Assembly: GCA_011364905.1 (NCBI GenBank)
Contig: RDNZ01000032.1
Location: forward strand, 1 to 31,332
Direction: 5' to 3'
DNA from: Candidatus Thorarchaeota archaeon
GTDB lineage: Archaea; Asgardarchaeota; Thorarchaeia; Thorarchaeales; Thorarchaeaceae
DNA: 31,332 bases
Shown: positions 17,611-25,909 of the stretch, piece by piece
How the letters are laid out: each line of letters starts with the position of its first letter
How positions within the stretch are numbered: position 1 is the stretch's first letter
Translations under genes and position numbers: made by a program
Notes under the pieces: generated by a model
Seen by the model: the letters and a program-made list of their open reading frames with translations, nothing else
Database searches by the model: none
Told to the model about the DNA's origin: nothing

Positions 17611-18888
17611 GTGGTGAAAGAAATCATTGTTCTCCGTGAATCAGGGATTCTGCTCTTCCACTATAGTGTAGGCGGAACACGTAGACTTGATGAACTCACA
17701 GCCGCATTCTTGTCGGCTATGGGATCTTTCGCTCAGGAGGTCAGCCAAGACAGAATTAAAGCGATGTCATTTGCCAAAAATAAGCTGGTCTGGGAACGAA
17801 AAGGAGACCTCTACTTCATTGCGCTCGTATCCGAAGAAGATAGTGGTGAGATTCACAGAGTAATACTCCAAGATCTTGCAGAGCAGTTCGTTAGCATGTT
17901 CTATTCCGAATTGAGAAGGGAACTCCCGAACTCCAAAAAGTTTAGACCATTCGCGGATACTGTTGAGGCAACACTACAGAAGTTCGATGGCATTCCCGGT
18001 CTTGCACGAAGGTACAAAACAATACTACTACCTGCAAAAGACATCAATGCTTTGAAACGCGCACTCGCAGAAGTGGAAATCAATCGTGATATTCTGAGAG
18101 GAGGAATGGTCACATCAGATGGATATGTTGCTGTTTCAAACCTCAGAGCATATGAACTTGAGGCTGTGTTGGATCTTATATCCACAGTGAATGAAAGGGT
18201 CGAGATGAAAGACCACGCAAGTCTTGAGAAAGGCACATCCTTTTTGATGGTACAAATTCCGAAAAAGGGGATTGTTGCATTTGTGGTGAAGCTTGGAATG
18301 TCGGACAAGACCTACCTAGATCTTGTGAATCCGTTTACTTCACTTCTGCAGCTTACGAGTTTCGCAGATGCAAGGAAATTCAAACCTGACAAGGTTGAAG
18401 GGCCAATCTCATTCTATGATTTTGATGCTGTAGAACTTGCAGTTTCAGAGGAGGATATTAGACGCGAAACCAAAATGTCGTTATCCTCGTTCTCTGAGAG
18501 TATACAAGCAGGAGCACTAAGACTGGTTAATGCAATAGGAAAAACAACGACAGTCATTGAGGCTGTTGAGGCCAGCGGACTGATCCGTGAACAAGCAGAT
18601 GAGGTTCTTGCACAGCTCATTGCCAAAGGAGTGGTTCATATCTCGAAATTGTTCCCAGTGATGGAGGATAGAGATGAAAGGTTTGTGGCCTATCTAGAGG
18701 TAATAGGAATCAAGAAAAGGGATTTTGATATTGTCGAGTCCATCTGGAAGCTCTGTAATGGCAGTCTTTCGATTCGTGAAATATCGGAAAGGTCAGACAT
18801 CCCAGCACAAAGAATAATCGAAGTCCTTAGAGCTCTAGGTAATTATGTACAATGGTTGAAAGAGAGGATGCTTACTCATGTCAGGTAA
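17611..18888 (+). CDS. Longin-roadblock-double winged-helix protein, paralogue B
   Basis: Longin 'IIVLRESGILLF...TAAFLSAMGSFA...LVWERKGDLYFIALV'; central roadblock-like 'LKRALAEV...ILRGGMVTSDGYVAVSNL...FLMVQI..GIVAFVV'; two wHTH domains paralogous to those of 16618-17517. GTG at 17611 lies 8 nt after GGAGG; the ORF is open from 17596. Confidence 0.7.
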   Translation: MVKEIIVLRESGILLFHYSVGGTRRLDELTAAFLSAMGSFAQEVSQDRIKAMSFAKNKLVWERKGDLYFIALVSEEDSGEIHRVILQDLAEQFVSMFYSELRRELPNSKKFRPFADTVEATLQKFDGIPGLARRYKTILLPAKDINALKRALAEVEINRDILRGGMVTSDGYVAVSNLRAYELEAVLDLISTVNERVEMKDHASLEKGTSFLMVQIPKKGIVAFVVKLGMSDKTYLDLVNPFTSLLQLTSFADARKFKPDKVEGPISFYDFDAVELAVSEEDIRRETKMSLSSFSESIQAGALRLVNAIGKTTTVIEAVEASGLIREQADEVLAQLIAKGVVHISKLFPVMEDRDERFVAYLEVIGIKKRDFDIVESIWKLCNGSLSIREISERSDIPAQRIIEVLRALGNYVQWLKERMLTHVR

Positions 18889-19630
18889 GATAGTTTCGAT
18901 TCATAGTTTCAGAGGTGGCACCGGAAAATCAAACATTGCGGCGAATCTAGCCGCAGCAGCCGCCTTAGATGGAAAACGAGTAGCCGTGATGGATACTGAT
19001 ATGGCATCACCAGGTATTCATGTCATCTTTGGCATGGGCAGGGAGAGGATGAAGTACACCCTCAACGACTACCTTCGAGGGTCATGTGATATCACCGATG
19101 CTTGCGTGGACCTAACATCTCGATTGAAAATCAAACAAGGAAAACTCTTCCTCATTCCAAGTTCTATGACAGCAACTGATATCACGAGAATTCTTAGAGA
19201 GGGATATGAGGTTGGAGACCTAAAGAAAGGATTCACGGATGTCATAAGGAAGAAGGATCTGGATTATCTTATCATTGACACACATCCGGGACTTGATCGC
19301 GAAACTTTGCTGTCCATGGCCACAGCGGACTATCTCTTCGTTGTTGCCAGGATTGATGAACAGGATTTATTGGGAACTGCTGCAACCTTGAGTGTAGCCC
19401 GAAAGCTGCAAGTGCCTGACATTCGCATCATCATCAATAAGAAACCTGGTATCTATGAGAACAAAGCAATCATTTCCGAAGTTGAACAAAAATTCAAAAC
19501 AACTGTGGCAACTATTATCCCGCTCCTTCCCCTTCTCATCGAAGCCGGAAGCCGATATGTCGTCACACTCAGGCATCCAGATAGCGAATTCACCAAGAAC
19601 ATTGATGAGATCTACCGACTGATGAAGTGA
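18878..19630 (+). CDS. MinD/ParA-family (SIMIBI) ATPase
   Basis: Deviant Walker A 'SFRGGTGKSN', 'VAVMDTD..SPG', 'TLNDYL', 'YLIIDTHPG'; overlaps the upstream gene by 11 nt. Confidence 0.92.
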   Translation: MSGKIVSIHSFRGGTGKSNIAANLAAAAALDGKRVAVMDTDMASPGIHVIFGMGRERMKYTLNDYLRGSCDITDACVDLTSRLKIKQGKLFLIPSSMTATDITRILREGYEVGDLKKGFTDVIRKKDLDYLIIDTHPGLDRETLLSMATADYLFVVARIDEQDLLGTAATLSVARKLQVPDIRIIINKKPGIYENKAIISEVEQKFKTTVATIIPLLPLLIEAGSRYVVTLRHPDSEFTKNIDEIYRLMK

Positions 19631-19645
19631 ATGATGTTGATTATA

Positions 19646-19774
19646 TTATGAAATCAACCTTGGCAGGTAGATAATTGCTACAGCCAGAAGTAGTAGTATC
19701 AAACAAACAACAAGTACCACTGGAAGAAGAATATCTGAAGTGGTGTCTTCATCACTTGTCAAGGTGTGTGTCAC
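19646..19774 (-). CDS. Unannotated single-pass membrane microprotein (38-42 aa)
   Basis: Own translation: (MTHT)L/M-TSDEDTTSDILLPVVLVVCLILLLLAVAIIYLPRLIS*, with GTG 19774 or TTG 19762 start and TAA at 19646-19648; fills an otherwise empty gap. Confidence 0.55.
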   Translation of the reverse strand: MTHTLTSDEDTTSDILLPVVLVVCLILLLLAVAIIYLPRLIS

Positions 19775-19874
19775 AGGTAATTATATGCGTATCAAACCAT
19801 ATCAAATTGGTCATAATCAAAACACTTCTAACCAGCGATGAAAGATTGAGATGTTTAGCAGAGGTCTAGGAAGA

Positions 19875-20324
19875 ATGGATATCGATGTTCGCCTTGCAAA
19901 TGCGCAAGACAGGTCTAAAATTGAGGAGTTCTACACTAGAGAGGGTAAGAACTTCCAGCAGCTAATACTACATTCAGCAACAACTCCTTCAGGTGCAAGT
20001 AGTGAAACTATGTTTGTTGTTGCTGTTGCTCGAGGAGAAGTTGTTGCTGCGTTGAAGCTCGATATTGCGCGGAATCCTGCCATAGGTCGAGTCGGTTTTA
20101 TTAGACATTTCGAGATTGAGGATGAACTAGAACCAACAGATCTTGGGAAGAGAATGCTAGAAAAAACCAACGTTATTGCTGAAGACAAGGGTCTTCGTGC
20201 GTTGGAAGCTGTGTTCGATGTGGCAAGAGCAGACCTTTTTGATTTATATTCAGAGGCAGGCTTTCGAGAAGAGCGCAAGGAAATCTGGCTTAGAAAAGAT
20301 TTTCGTCCCAGCTTCTTTGAATGA
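19875..20324 (+). CDS. GNAT-fold acetyltransferase-like protein
   Basis: 'VRLANAQD..KI', 'FVVAVARGEVVAAL', 'GFIRHFEI', 'LGKRML', 'LYSEAGF'; ATG 19875 preceded by GAGGT. Confidence 0.7.
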   Translation: MDIDVRLANAQDRSKIEEFYTREGKNFQQLILHSATTPSGASSETMFVVAVARGEVVAALKLDIARNPAIGRVGFIRHFEIEDELEPTDLGKRMLEKTNVIAEDKGLRALEAVFDVARADLFDLYSEAGFREERKEIWLRKDFRPSFFE

Positions 20325-20331
20325 TTACGAT

Positions 20332-22146
20332 CTACGAAACTAGCCCTTTCAAGCCTAGCTCTTTGATGGTTTCTGGTGTAGGTACACCTTCGCTGTTCCA
20401 ACCCCTGAGTTCATAGTACTTGTCAAGGCAGTTATCAAAATCGTCTTGATCAATGAAGGACTTCATCCCCTTTGATGGACCAACTGTGTCTGGTTCCCAG
20501 AAACGAGGTGGAAGAACATCATCCTCTCGTGATATTCCTTCATTGATGTTGAACAACCGAATCAGAGTCTCGACTCGTTGGCCAAATTTGGAAATTCCTT
20601 CATCATCATAGGAAAGTCCAGTTCCACTGTTGAGCAATTGTATCTTTTCATCCCTCGTCAGTGGAAAGTGCCATGTGAAATGGCAAATGACCAGTGAGTC
20701 TGTGAGTATTTTTGTGTCACGCTCTTTAACCATTGACTCAACCAAATCGAGGGCAGATGCATCTGGCTTTTCAGTGGTCTGAGGCCAACCACGCAGATGG
20801 CTTGATCCAACATCAGCGGTCGCATAGGAGAGACCTAAACCTCTCTTACCTCGTGGGTCCCAAGCAGCTGTTTCAAGCCCTTTGACATGAACTGCCAACC
20901 TTTCACTCCCGCGTCCTATTTCGTTCGCAGCTGACCGAACGCCTTTAGCCAGTATTCTTCCTATACCATCATTGAAAGCGATCATTCTTAGTAATTTGAG
21001 TGCAGCTTCACCATCGCCAAAATGTAGTGGAAATCCGATTTCATTTTCTGTAAGGATCCCGTTTTCGAATGCATCCATTGCGAAACCAATTGCTGATCCC
21101 GCACTAATTGTGTCAATTCCCAGATCATCCGCAAGATAATTGAGCTTGAAGACAGTCTGGGCATCACTAATTCCAAGATTTCCGCCGCATAGTCCCCATG
21201 TTTCATATTCAGGAGTGGATTCAACCTCGGTGCCTGGATTGCTGGGATCTTCGGTTCGATAGGAATGTGTGCAGTGGATAATGCAATTTGGGCATGAAAG
21301 GTGATTCCCAACCTTCCATTTCTTAGTATATTCAGGAGTCAGTTTCTCATAATCTTCGAAGTATGAATTCTTCCAATTTCGAGTTGGGAACTGACCACGT
21401 TCGTTCGCTGTTTCAACAAGGACAGCTGTTCCATAATCCTTGAAGCCATAGTCCGTTTTTTCATCCCATTTTTTGGAAATCGACTTTCTGATTGCTCCAA
21501 GAGTAGCAGTATCTGCAGCAGATACCTTTTGGCTGCCTTTCACAACCAGACCCTTAAGGTTCTTCGAACCAAGTACAGCTCCAGCACCTCCACGTCCAGT
21601 TTGATGTGCGAGCTCACAGCAACCAGTTGCAGTCAAAACAAGATTCTCGCCTGCTGGGCCTATCACATATACAGCTGCGTCCTTTGGAGATGTGTCATGA
21701 AGCACACGAGTGCTTTCTTGAGTGCCTTTGCCCCATAGATGACTAGCGTCTTTAAAACTCACAGTGGCATCTTCAACAAGAACGGAAACAGGGGTCTCTG
21801 ATTTTCCACTGACTATAATTGCATCATATCCTGAGTTCTTTATCTCTCGGCCCAGAGGACCACCACAATGCGTATCGAGGAAAAGACCAGTCAGAGGTGA
21901 TTTCGTTACGAGTGTCCACCTACCAATCATCACCATAGGAAGACCCTGTAATGGACCAGTAAGAAAGATCAGTCGGTTTTCAGGCCCAAGTGGATTGGCA
22001 CCAGGTTTAACTTCCCGATTTAATAAAAATGCACCCAGACCCTTACCACCGATAAAGTCAGAATAGATTTCTTGTTCTATATCTTCTACCCAGTGAGTTC
22101 GTTTTTTCAAATCAATCTGCAATATCCTACCATTCCAAGCATCCAT
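20332..22146 (-). CDS. aor: Tungsten-containing aldehyde:ferredoxin oxidoreductase
   Basis: 'KSPLTG', 'GRGGAGAVLGSKNLKG', 'SCPNCIIHC', 'PEYET', 'DDLGIDTIS', 'DSLVIC', 'YYELRGW..GVP'. Confidence 0.95.
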   Translation of the reverse strand: MDAWNGRILQIDLKKRTHWVEDIEQEIYSDFIGGKGLGAFLLNREVKPGANPLGPENRLIFLTGPLQGLPMVMIGRWTLVTKSPLTGLFLDTHCGGPLGREIKNSGYDAIIVSGKSETPVSVLVEDATVSFKDASHLWGKGTQESTRVLHDTSPKDAAVYVIGPAGENLVLTATGCCELAHQTGRGGAGAVLGSKNLKGLVVKGSQKVSAADTATLGAIRKSISKKWDEKTDYGFKDYGTAVLVETANERGQFPTRNWKNSYFEDYEKLTPEYTKKWKVGNHLSCPNCIIHCTHSYRTEDPSNPGTEVESTPEYETWGLCGGNLGISDAQTVFKLNYLADDLGIDTISAGSAIGFAMDAFENGILTENEIGFPLHFGDGEAALKLLRMIAFNDGIGRILAKGVRSAANEIGRGSERLAVHVKGLETAAWDPRGKRGLGLSYATADVGSSHLRGWPQTTEKPDASALDLVESMVKERDTKILTDSLVICHFTWHFPLTRDEKIQLLNSGTGLSYDDEGISKFGQRVETLIRLFNINEGISREDDVLPPRFWEPDTVGPSKGMKSFIDQDDFDNCLDKYYELRGWNSEGVPTPETIKELGLKGLVS

Positions 22147-22175
22147 TTCTAAGAACCTCTCACAGTCAACAGTCT

Positions 22176-22325
22176 TTATTCTATTTCAACCAGACTTATC
22201 TTCTTCAAGTCCACATCTCTGAGATTAGACAAAATGGCCATGAGCATATCATTAATCACTTTTGAAACAAAGTCATTCATTTCTATTCGTTTTCCTTTCA
22301 CATAGAGTTCGAAATCTGAGCCCAT
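22176..22325 (-). CDS. Small 49-aa protein resembling the C-terminal extension of some MobB proteins
   Basis: Own translation: MGSDFELYVKGKRIEMNDFVSKVINDMLMAILSNLRDVDLKKISLVEIE*. GGAGGT lies 6 nt upstream of the ATG; the stop is 29 nt upstream of aor. Confidence 0.75.
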   Translation of the reverse strand: MGSDFELYVKGKRIEMNDFVSKVINDMLMAILSNLRDVDLKKISLVEIE

Positions 22326-22398
22326 GATTAGACCTCCAATTCGCGTGCATGTGAGATGGTGGTATTAAGTTTTACAGAGAAGCACTGTCCGATACGCA

Positions 22399-22404
22399 TT
22401 TATA
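22399..22404 (+). promoter_or_regulatory. Putative TATA box
   Basis: TTTATA about 60 nt upstream of the ATG at 22464, in a divergent intergenic region. Confidence 0.3.
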
Positions 22405-22463
22405 CCCCCCATCTTCGTAGAAGCCCGACTGACGTTGACCGTCACCAGGTGAGGAATGCAGAT

Positions 22464-24401
22464 ATGGCTCAATTGAGTTCGTTAAAGTCAGTGATTGGCG
22501 GATCAGAGCAATCAGAAGAACGAGTTAGCAGGATGGCTGGTTTTGGTAGCATTTTTGGCATTATCGCAGCTGCATTTGGCCTTCTCATTGGTAGATCTCT
22601 CGTTCCGATTCCAGCGCTAAATTGGGAAATAGTATCAGTAGTACCTTTTAACTGGATGATCGAAGGAGGCGGTCAATACCCAACCTTTGTAACCATCTTC
22701 ATGATATTGATGGCGGGTAGTCTTTTGCTCCAGGCACGGGGTTCAAAGAACCTTGGAAACTTCCTCGGTAGCGGATTCACAAATGTGTTCTGGGTAGGAT
22801 TTGTTCTAGCAGTCGCCATTGCATATGCGGTCCCAACTGCAATTGATCAAATATTTGCCGGCTCTCTCATTCAGACATTTCTCTCCCCAGTATATTACCT
22901 TGGAACTTTCTTCGTTATTGCTTGGCAATTAACTGCAATCATTTTCACAGATTCAAGCAAGACGTGGGTCGGATTTCTTGCTGGGTTGCTAAATGCGCTG
23001 TTCATCCCATTACTCGCAATTGGTCAAGCTATCAGTCCATTACTGATCTATGGTGCTTATGCAATCCTTCTTGTGGGCCAGATAATGGCACTTCTCTTCT
23101 GGTGGTCACCCTTTAGTACAATCCGTGAGTATGCTAGAAGTCCACAAAAAGCGAAGTTTGCGTTTGGCGTGAGCGGTGTTTTAACATTCATCCTCGGTCT
23201 TGCTGCTTTGTACGTGGGGCCAATTGGAGAACAGCATGGCATTTCGGTCTGGTACCCTTGGAGTACGCTAATCAACTCAACGACCTATCGCACTAATCCA
23301 GCTCTTGTGTTTGGTTTCTTGTCAATGATGCTCTTCTGGGTCATGTTAGCTCCAAGACTTGGAGCTCGAGAACTCAAGGCGGTAGCAATTGGGGAGGACA
23401 TTATTAAAAGCGGCAACAAATACTTCATGCTGTTTATGGCCATTATTGGACTGATGGCTGCAGGACAAGCAGGAATATATACAGATAGTGTTGGATCATG
23501 GGGATTCTTCCTTGTGATGGGTCCTGCAGCTGTGATGTTTATAATGGGGGCATCCTACACAGCCAAGACAGACATGTTAACGGGAATTCCATTGGTTGTG
23601 ACATCTATTTTTCTAATGATTCACCCATTCGTCCTACTGCCCCTTGTTATTTATGCGTGGTTCATCGTTATCATCACACAATTGTTCGTGATGGTTGAAT
23701 CATGGTGGAGAGGGCTCACGGGATTTTCACAAGCTTCTTTTTCAGTGATCTTTAGCCTTGCATTTTCCATTATAGTTGTAGCATTCCTGCTAGGTGGTTT
23801 TGGTAGTGGGCCTTTTGCACTATGGCCAACAAACCGCTGGTTCAATATCACCTTAATTCCTGGGATACCGGCAGCAGTTCAAGCTCCAGTTATACTTGTG
23901 CTGCCTCTTTTGGCTCTGCTCGTAAGAAACGTTTCGCTTGCGGGCTACTCGTACGGAAGAGGATATGCCACAGGAGGAATCTTGGTGGGTATGAGCATTC
24001 TGCTTGCTTTCGCGATCCCTGCTATTGCAGAAAACGACAGTATTGCTCATGAAGCAAACACTGGAGCTGCCCTATTGCTTGCACTCTATTCAATTAGCAT
24101 TGTATTGGTGTTATCTCTTAATATCAGTCTTGCAAATGATGTTGAAGAAAAGGGACACGGTTTTGAAGGCACACTTATCAAAGTAGCAACTATTGCATCA
24201 TTGATAGCAGCTGCTGTTGTCATTGTACTCGTAATGATAGTGTTTGCAGGCAGGCCTGGACCGGACCAAATCGCCTGGATGATTTCCATCATGGTGACAT
24301 TTGTGGTCAGTAGTGAAGCCCTTTCAATCGTGGGATGGTTCATAGCTGGTGTTCGACTGGGAATGCTAAAAGAAGGTTTCAGATTCGCAAGACCGACATG
24401 A
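22464..24401 (+). CDS. Large polytopic membrane protein of unknown function (about 18 TM segments)
   Basis: Almost continuous hydrophobic helices; ATG 22464 follows AGGTGAGG; the ORF is open from 22356. Confidence 0.8.
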   Translation: MAQLSSLKSVIGGSEQSEERVSRMAGFGSIFGIIAAAFGLLIGRSLVPIPALNWEIVSVVPFNWMIEGGGQYPTFVTIFMILMAGSLLLQARGSKNLGNFLGSGFTNVFWVGFVLAVAIAYAVPTAIDQIFAGSLIQTFLSPVYYLGTFFVIAWQLTAIIFTDSSKTWVGFLAGLLNALFIPLLAIGQAISPLLIYGAYAILLVGQIMALLFWWSPFSTIREYARSPQKAKFAFGVSGVLTFILGLAALYVGPIGEQHGISVWYPWSTLINSTTYRTNPALVFGFLSMMLFWVMLAPRLGARELKAVAIGEDIIKSGNKYFMLFMAIIGLMAAGQAGIYTDSVGSWGFFLVMGPAAVMFIMGASYTAKTDMLTGIPLVVTSIFLMIHPFVLLPLVIYAWFIVIITQLFVMVESWWRGLTGFSQASFSVIFSLAFSIIVVAFLLGGFGSGPFALWPTNRWFNITLIPGIPAAVQAPVILVLPLLALLVRNVSLAGYSYGRGYATGGILVGMSILLAFAIPAIAENDSIAHEANTGAALLLALYSISIVLVLSLNISLANDVEEKGHGFEGTLIKVATIASLIAAAVVIVLVMIVFAGRPGPDQIAWMISIMVTFVVSSEALSIVGWFIAGVRLGMLKEGFRFARPT

Positions 24402-24413
24402 GTCACCACTCCT

Positions 24414-25178
24414 ATGGAAAGGGAAAAGATATTGGCTCAAGCTGTGAAGGGAGTCATTACCCGACCGAAAGGAGCCTCTGTCGCAATCCTATTGGTTCAC
24501 GGATTTGCAGCCTCGTCGGATGAGTTAGCTACCTTGGGAGAATATCTGGGTGATGAGGGATATGCATCCTTTGCAATACAACTTGCAGGACACGGTACCA
24601 CCCCGGAATCACTCAAAGCAACAATATGGCAAGATTGGTACCATTCAGCTTTGAAAGGTCTCGAGAAGATCCGCGCCTGGGATCCTGACAGAATCATTCT
24701 TGTAGGGCTATCAATGGGAGGACTGCTTTCGATTCTCATGGCATCGGAAGAGGATGTAGATGGGTTGGTGTTGATTGCTCCTGCTCTGAAGATTCCAGGA
24801 CTTTTATTCAGACTGGTGCCAATTCTCAAGTACCTCATTAAGTGGAGGGATGTTGACATTGAGGCTGCTCAAAAAGTCTATGATGTCAAGAGGTTCAAGC
24901 TCAGCAAAGAACCGGTGTCTGCATATCATGAGCTATACAAACTCCAAAAAGTCGCAAGAGATAGAATGAAGCACATTAAAACTCCAACATTAATCATACA
25001 AGGCACAGACGATAAGACAATCGATCCGCGCAGCGGCGAAGTAGCCTATAATGGAATTCTATCTGAGAAGAAAGAACTTCACATGATTGAAGGAGCAGAG
25101 CATGTAATCACCTGCCATCCCACTAGACACCAGGTCTATCCTCTAATTTTAAAATTCATTGAGGATAATACGAGCTAA
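24414..25178 (+). CDS. Alpha/beta-hydrolase carboxylesterase (monoacylglycerol-lipase-like)
   Basis: 'LLVHGF', 'LAGHGT', nucleophile elbow 'GLSMGG', 'QGTDD', 'GAEH'. Confidence 0.92.
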   Translation: MEREKILAQAVKGVITRPKGASVAILLVHGFAASSDELATLGEYLGDEGYASFAIQLAGHGTTPESLKATIWQDWYHSALKGLEKIRAWDPDRIILVGLSMGGLLSILMASEEDVDGLVLIAPALKIPGLLFRLVPILKYLIKWRDVDIEAAQKVYDVKRFKLSKEPVSAYHELYKLQKVARDRMKHIKTPTLIIQGTDDKTIDPRSGEVAYNGILSEKKELHMIEGAEHVITCHPTRHQVYPLILKFIEDNTS

Positions 25179-25879
25179 GATATGGCTTTGAGAACATCAA
25201 CAGCTTTGTCGGGATAGTCAGTGACCACACCGTCAACACCGAGAGAATACAACGTTTTCATTCTAGGTGAATCATTCACAGTCCAAGGGTATACTTTAAG
25301 CGAAGCAGAATGCAAATCTTCAACCAACTCTCGAGTTATTAGTCGGTGGTGAGGATTGACAGCATTTACATTGAATCCCAAGGCATAAGATATGATGTCC
25401 TCAATGGGCTCCTTGACTAGAATTGCCGTTGCAATGGACTCATTCAATTCATAGATAGTCTGCAAGGTTGCATGAAGAAAAGACGAAACCAAAATGTTTG
25501 GAACCATTTCATGTCGCTCTACCAGGTTTATGACCTCTTGTTCAACTCCAATCACCTTGAGCTCGATGTTGACCTGTAATCTACCAAATGCAAACTTGAG
25601 AACATCCTCAAGGAGAGGTACGGATTCTCCGTTTCCTGCATCAAATTCCGCCAACTCTCGATAGTCTAATGCATGGACTGCACCAGTTCCATTTGTTGTT
25701 CGTTCTACTGTAGAATCGTGTATGCATACAAGTTTTCCGTCAAGAGTCTCGTGTACATCGAGTTCGATCATGTGAGCGCCCATGTTCCAAGCATTCTTGA
25801 ACGAGAGTATGGTGTTCTCAGGAAAATAACCTGATGCCCCTTTATGAGCAATCACTAGTTGGTTCGTAATCAGCCTCAC
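25175..25879 (-). CDS. Glycerophosphodiester phosphodiesterase (UgpQ/GlpQ family)
   Basis: 'IAHKGAS..PENT', 'ELDVH.T.DG.LVCIHD', 'NIELK', 'WTVND', 'GVDGVVTDYPD'. Confidence 0.93.
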   Translation of the reverse strand: MRLITNQLVIAHKGASGYFPENTILSFKNAWNMGAHMIELDVHETLDGKLVCIHDSTVERTTNGTGAVHALDYRELAEFDAGNGESVPLLEDVLKFAFGRLQVNIELKVIGVEQEVINLVERHEMVPNILVSSFLHATLQTIYELNESIATAILVKEPIEDIISYALGFNVNAVNPHHRLITRELVEDLHSASLKVYPWTVNDSPRMKTLYSLGVDGVVTDYPDKAVDVLKAIS

Positions 25880-25909
25880 TCTCCACAGAACTCTGTTGGG
25901 ATTTGACGT

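Noticed and set aside
19675-19869. Plus-strand 64-aa ORF between MinD and the GNAT gene
   Set aside because: No SD or motif; the opposite-strand TM microprotein explains the region better.
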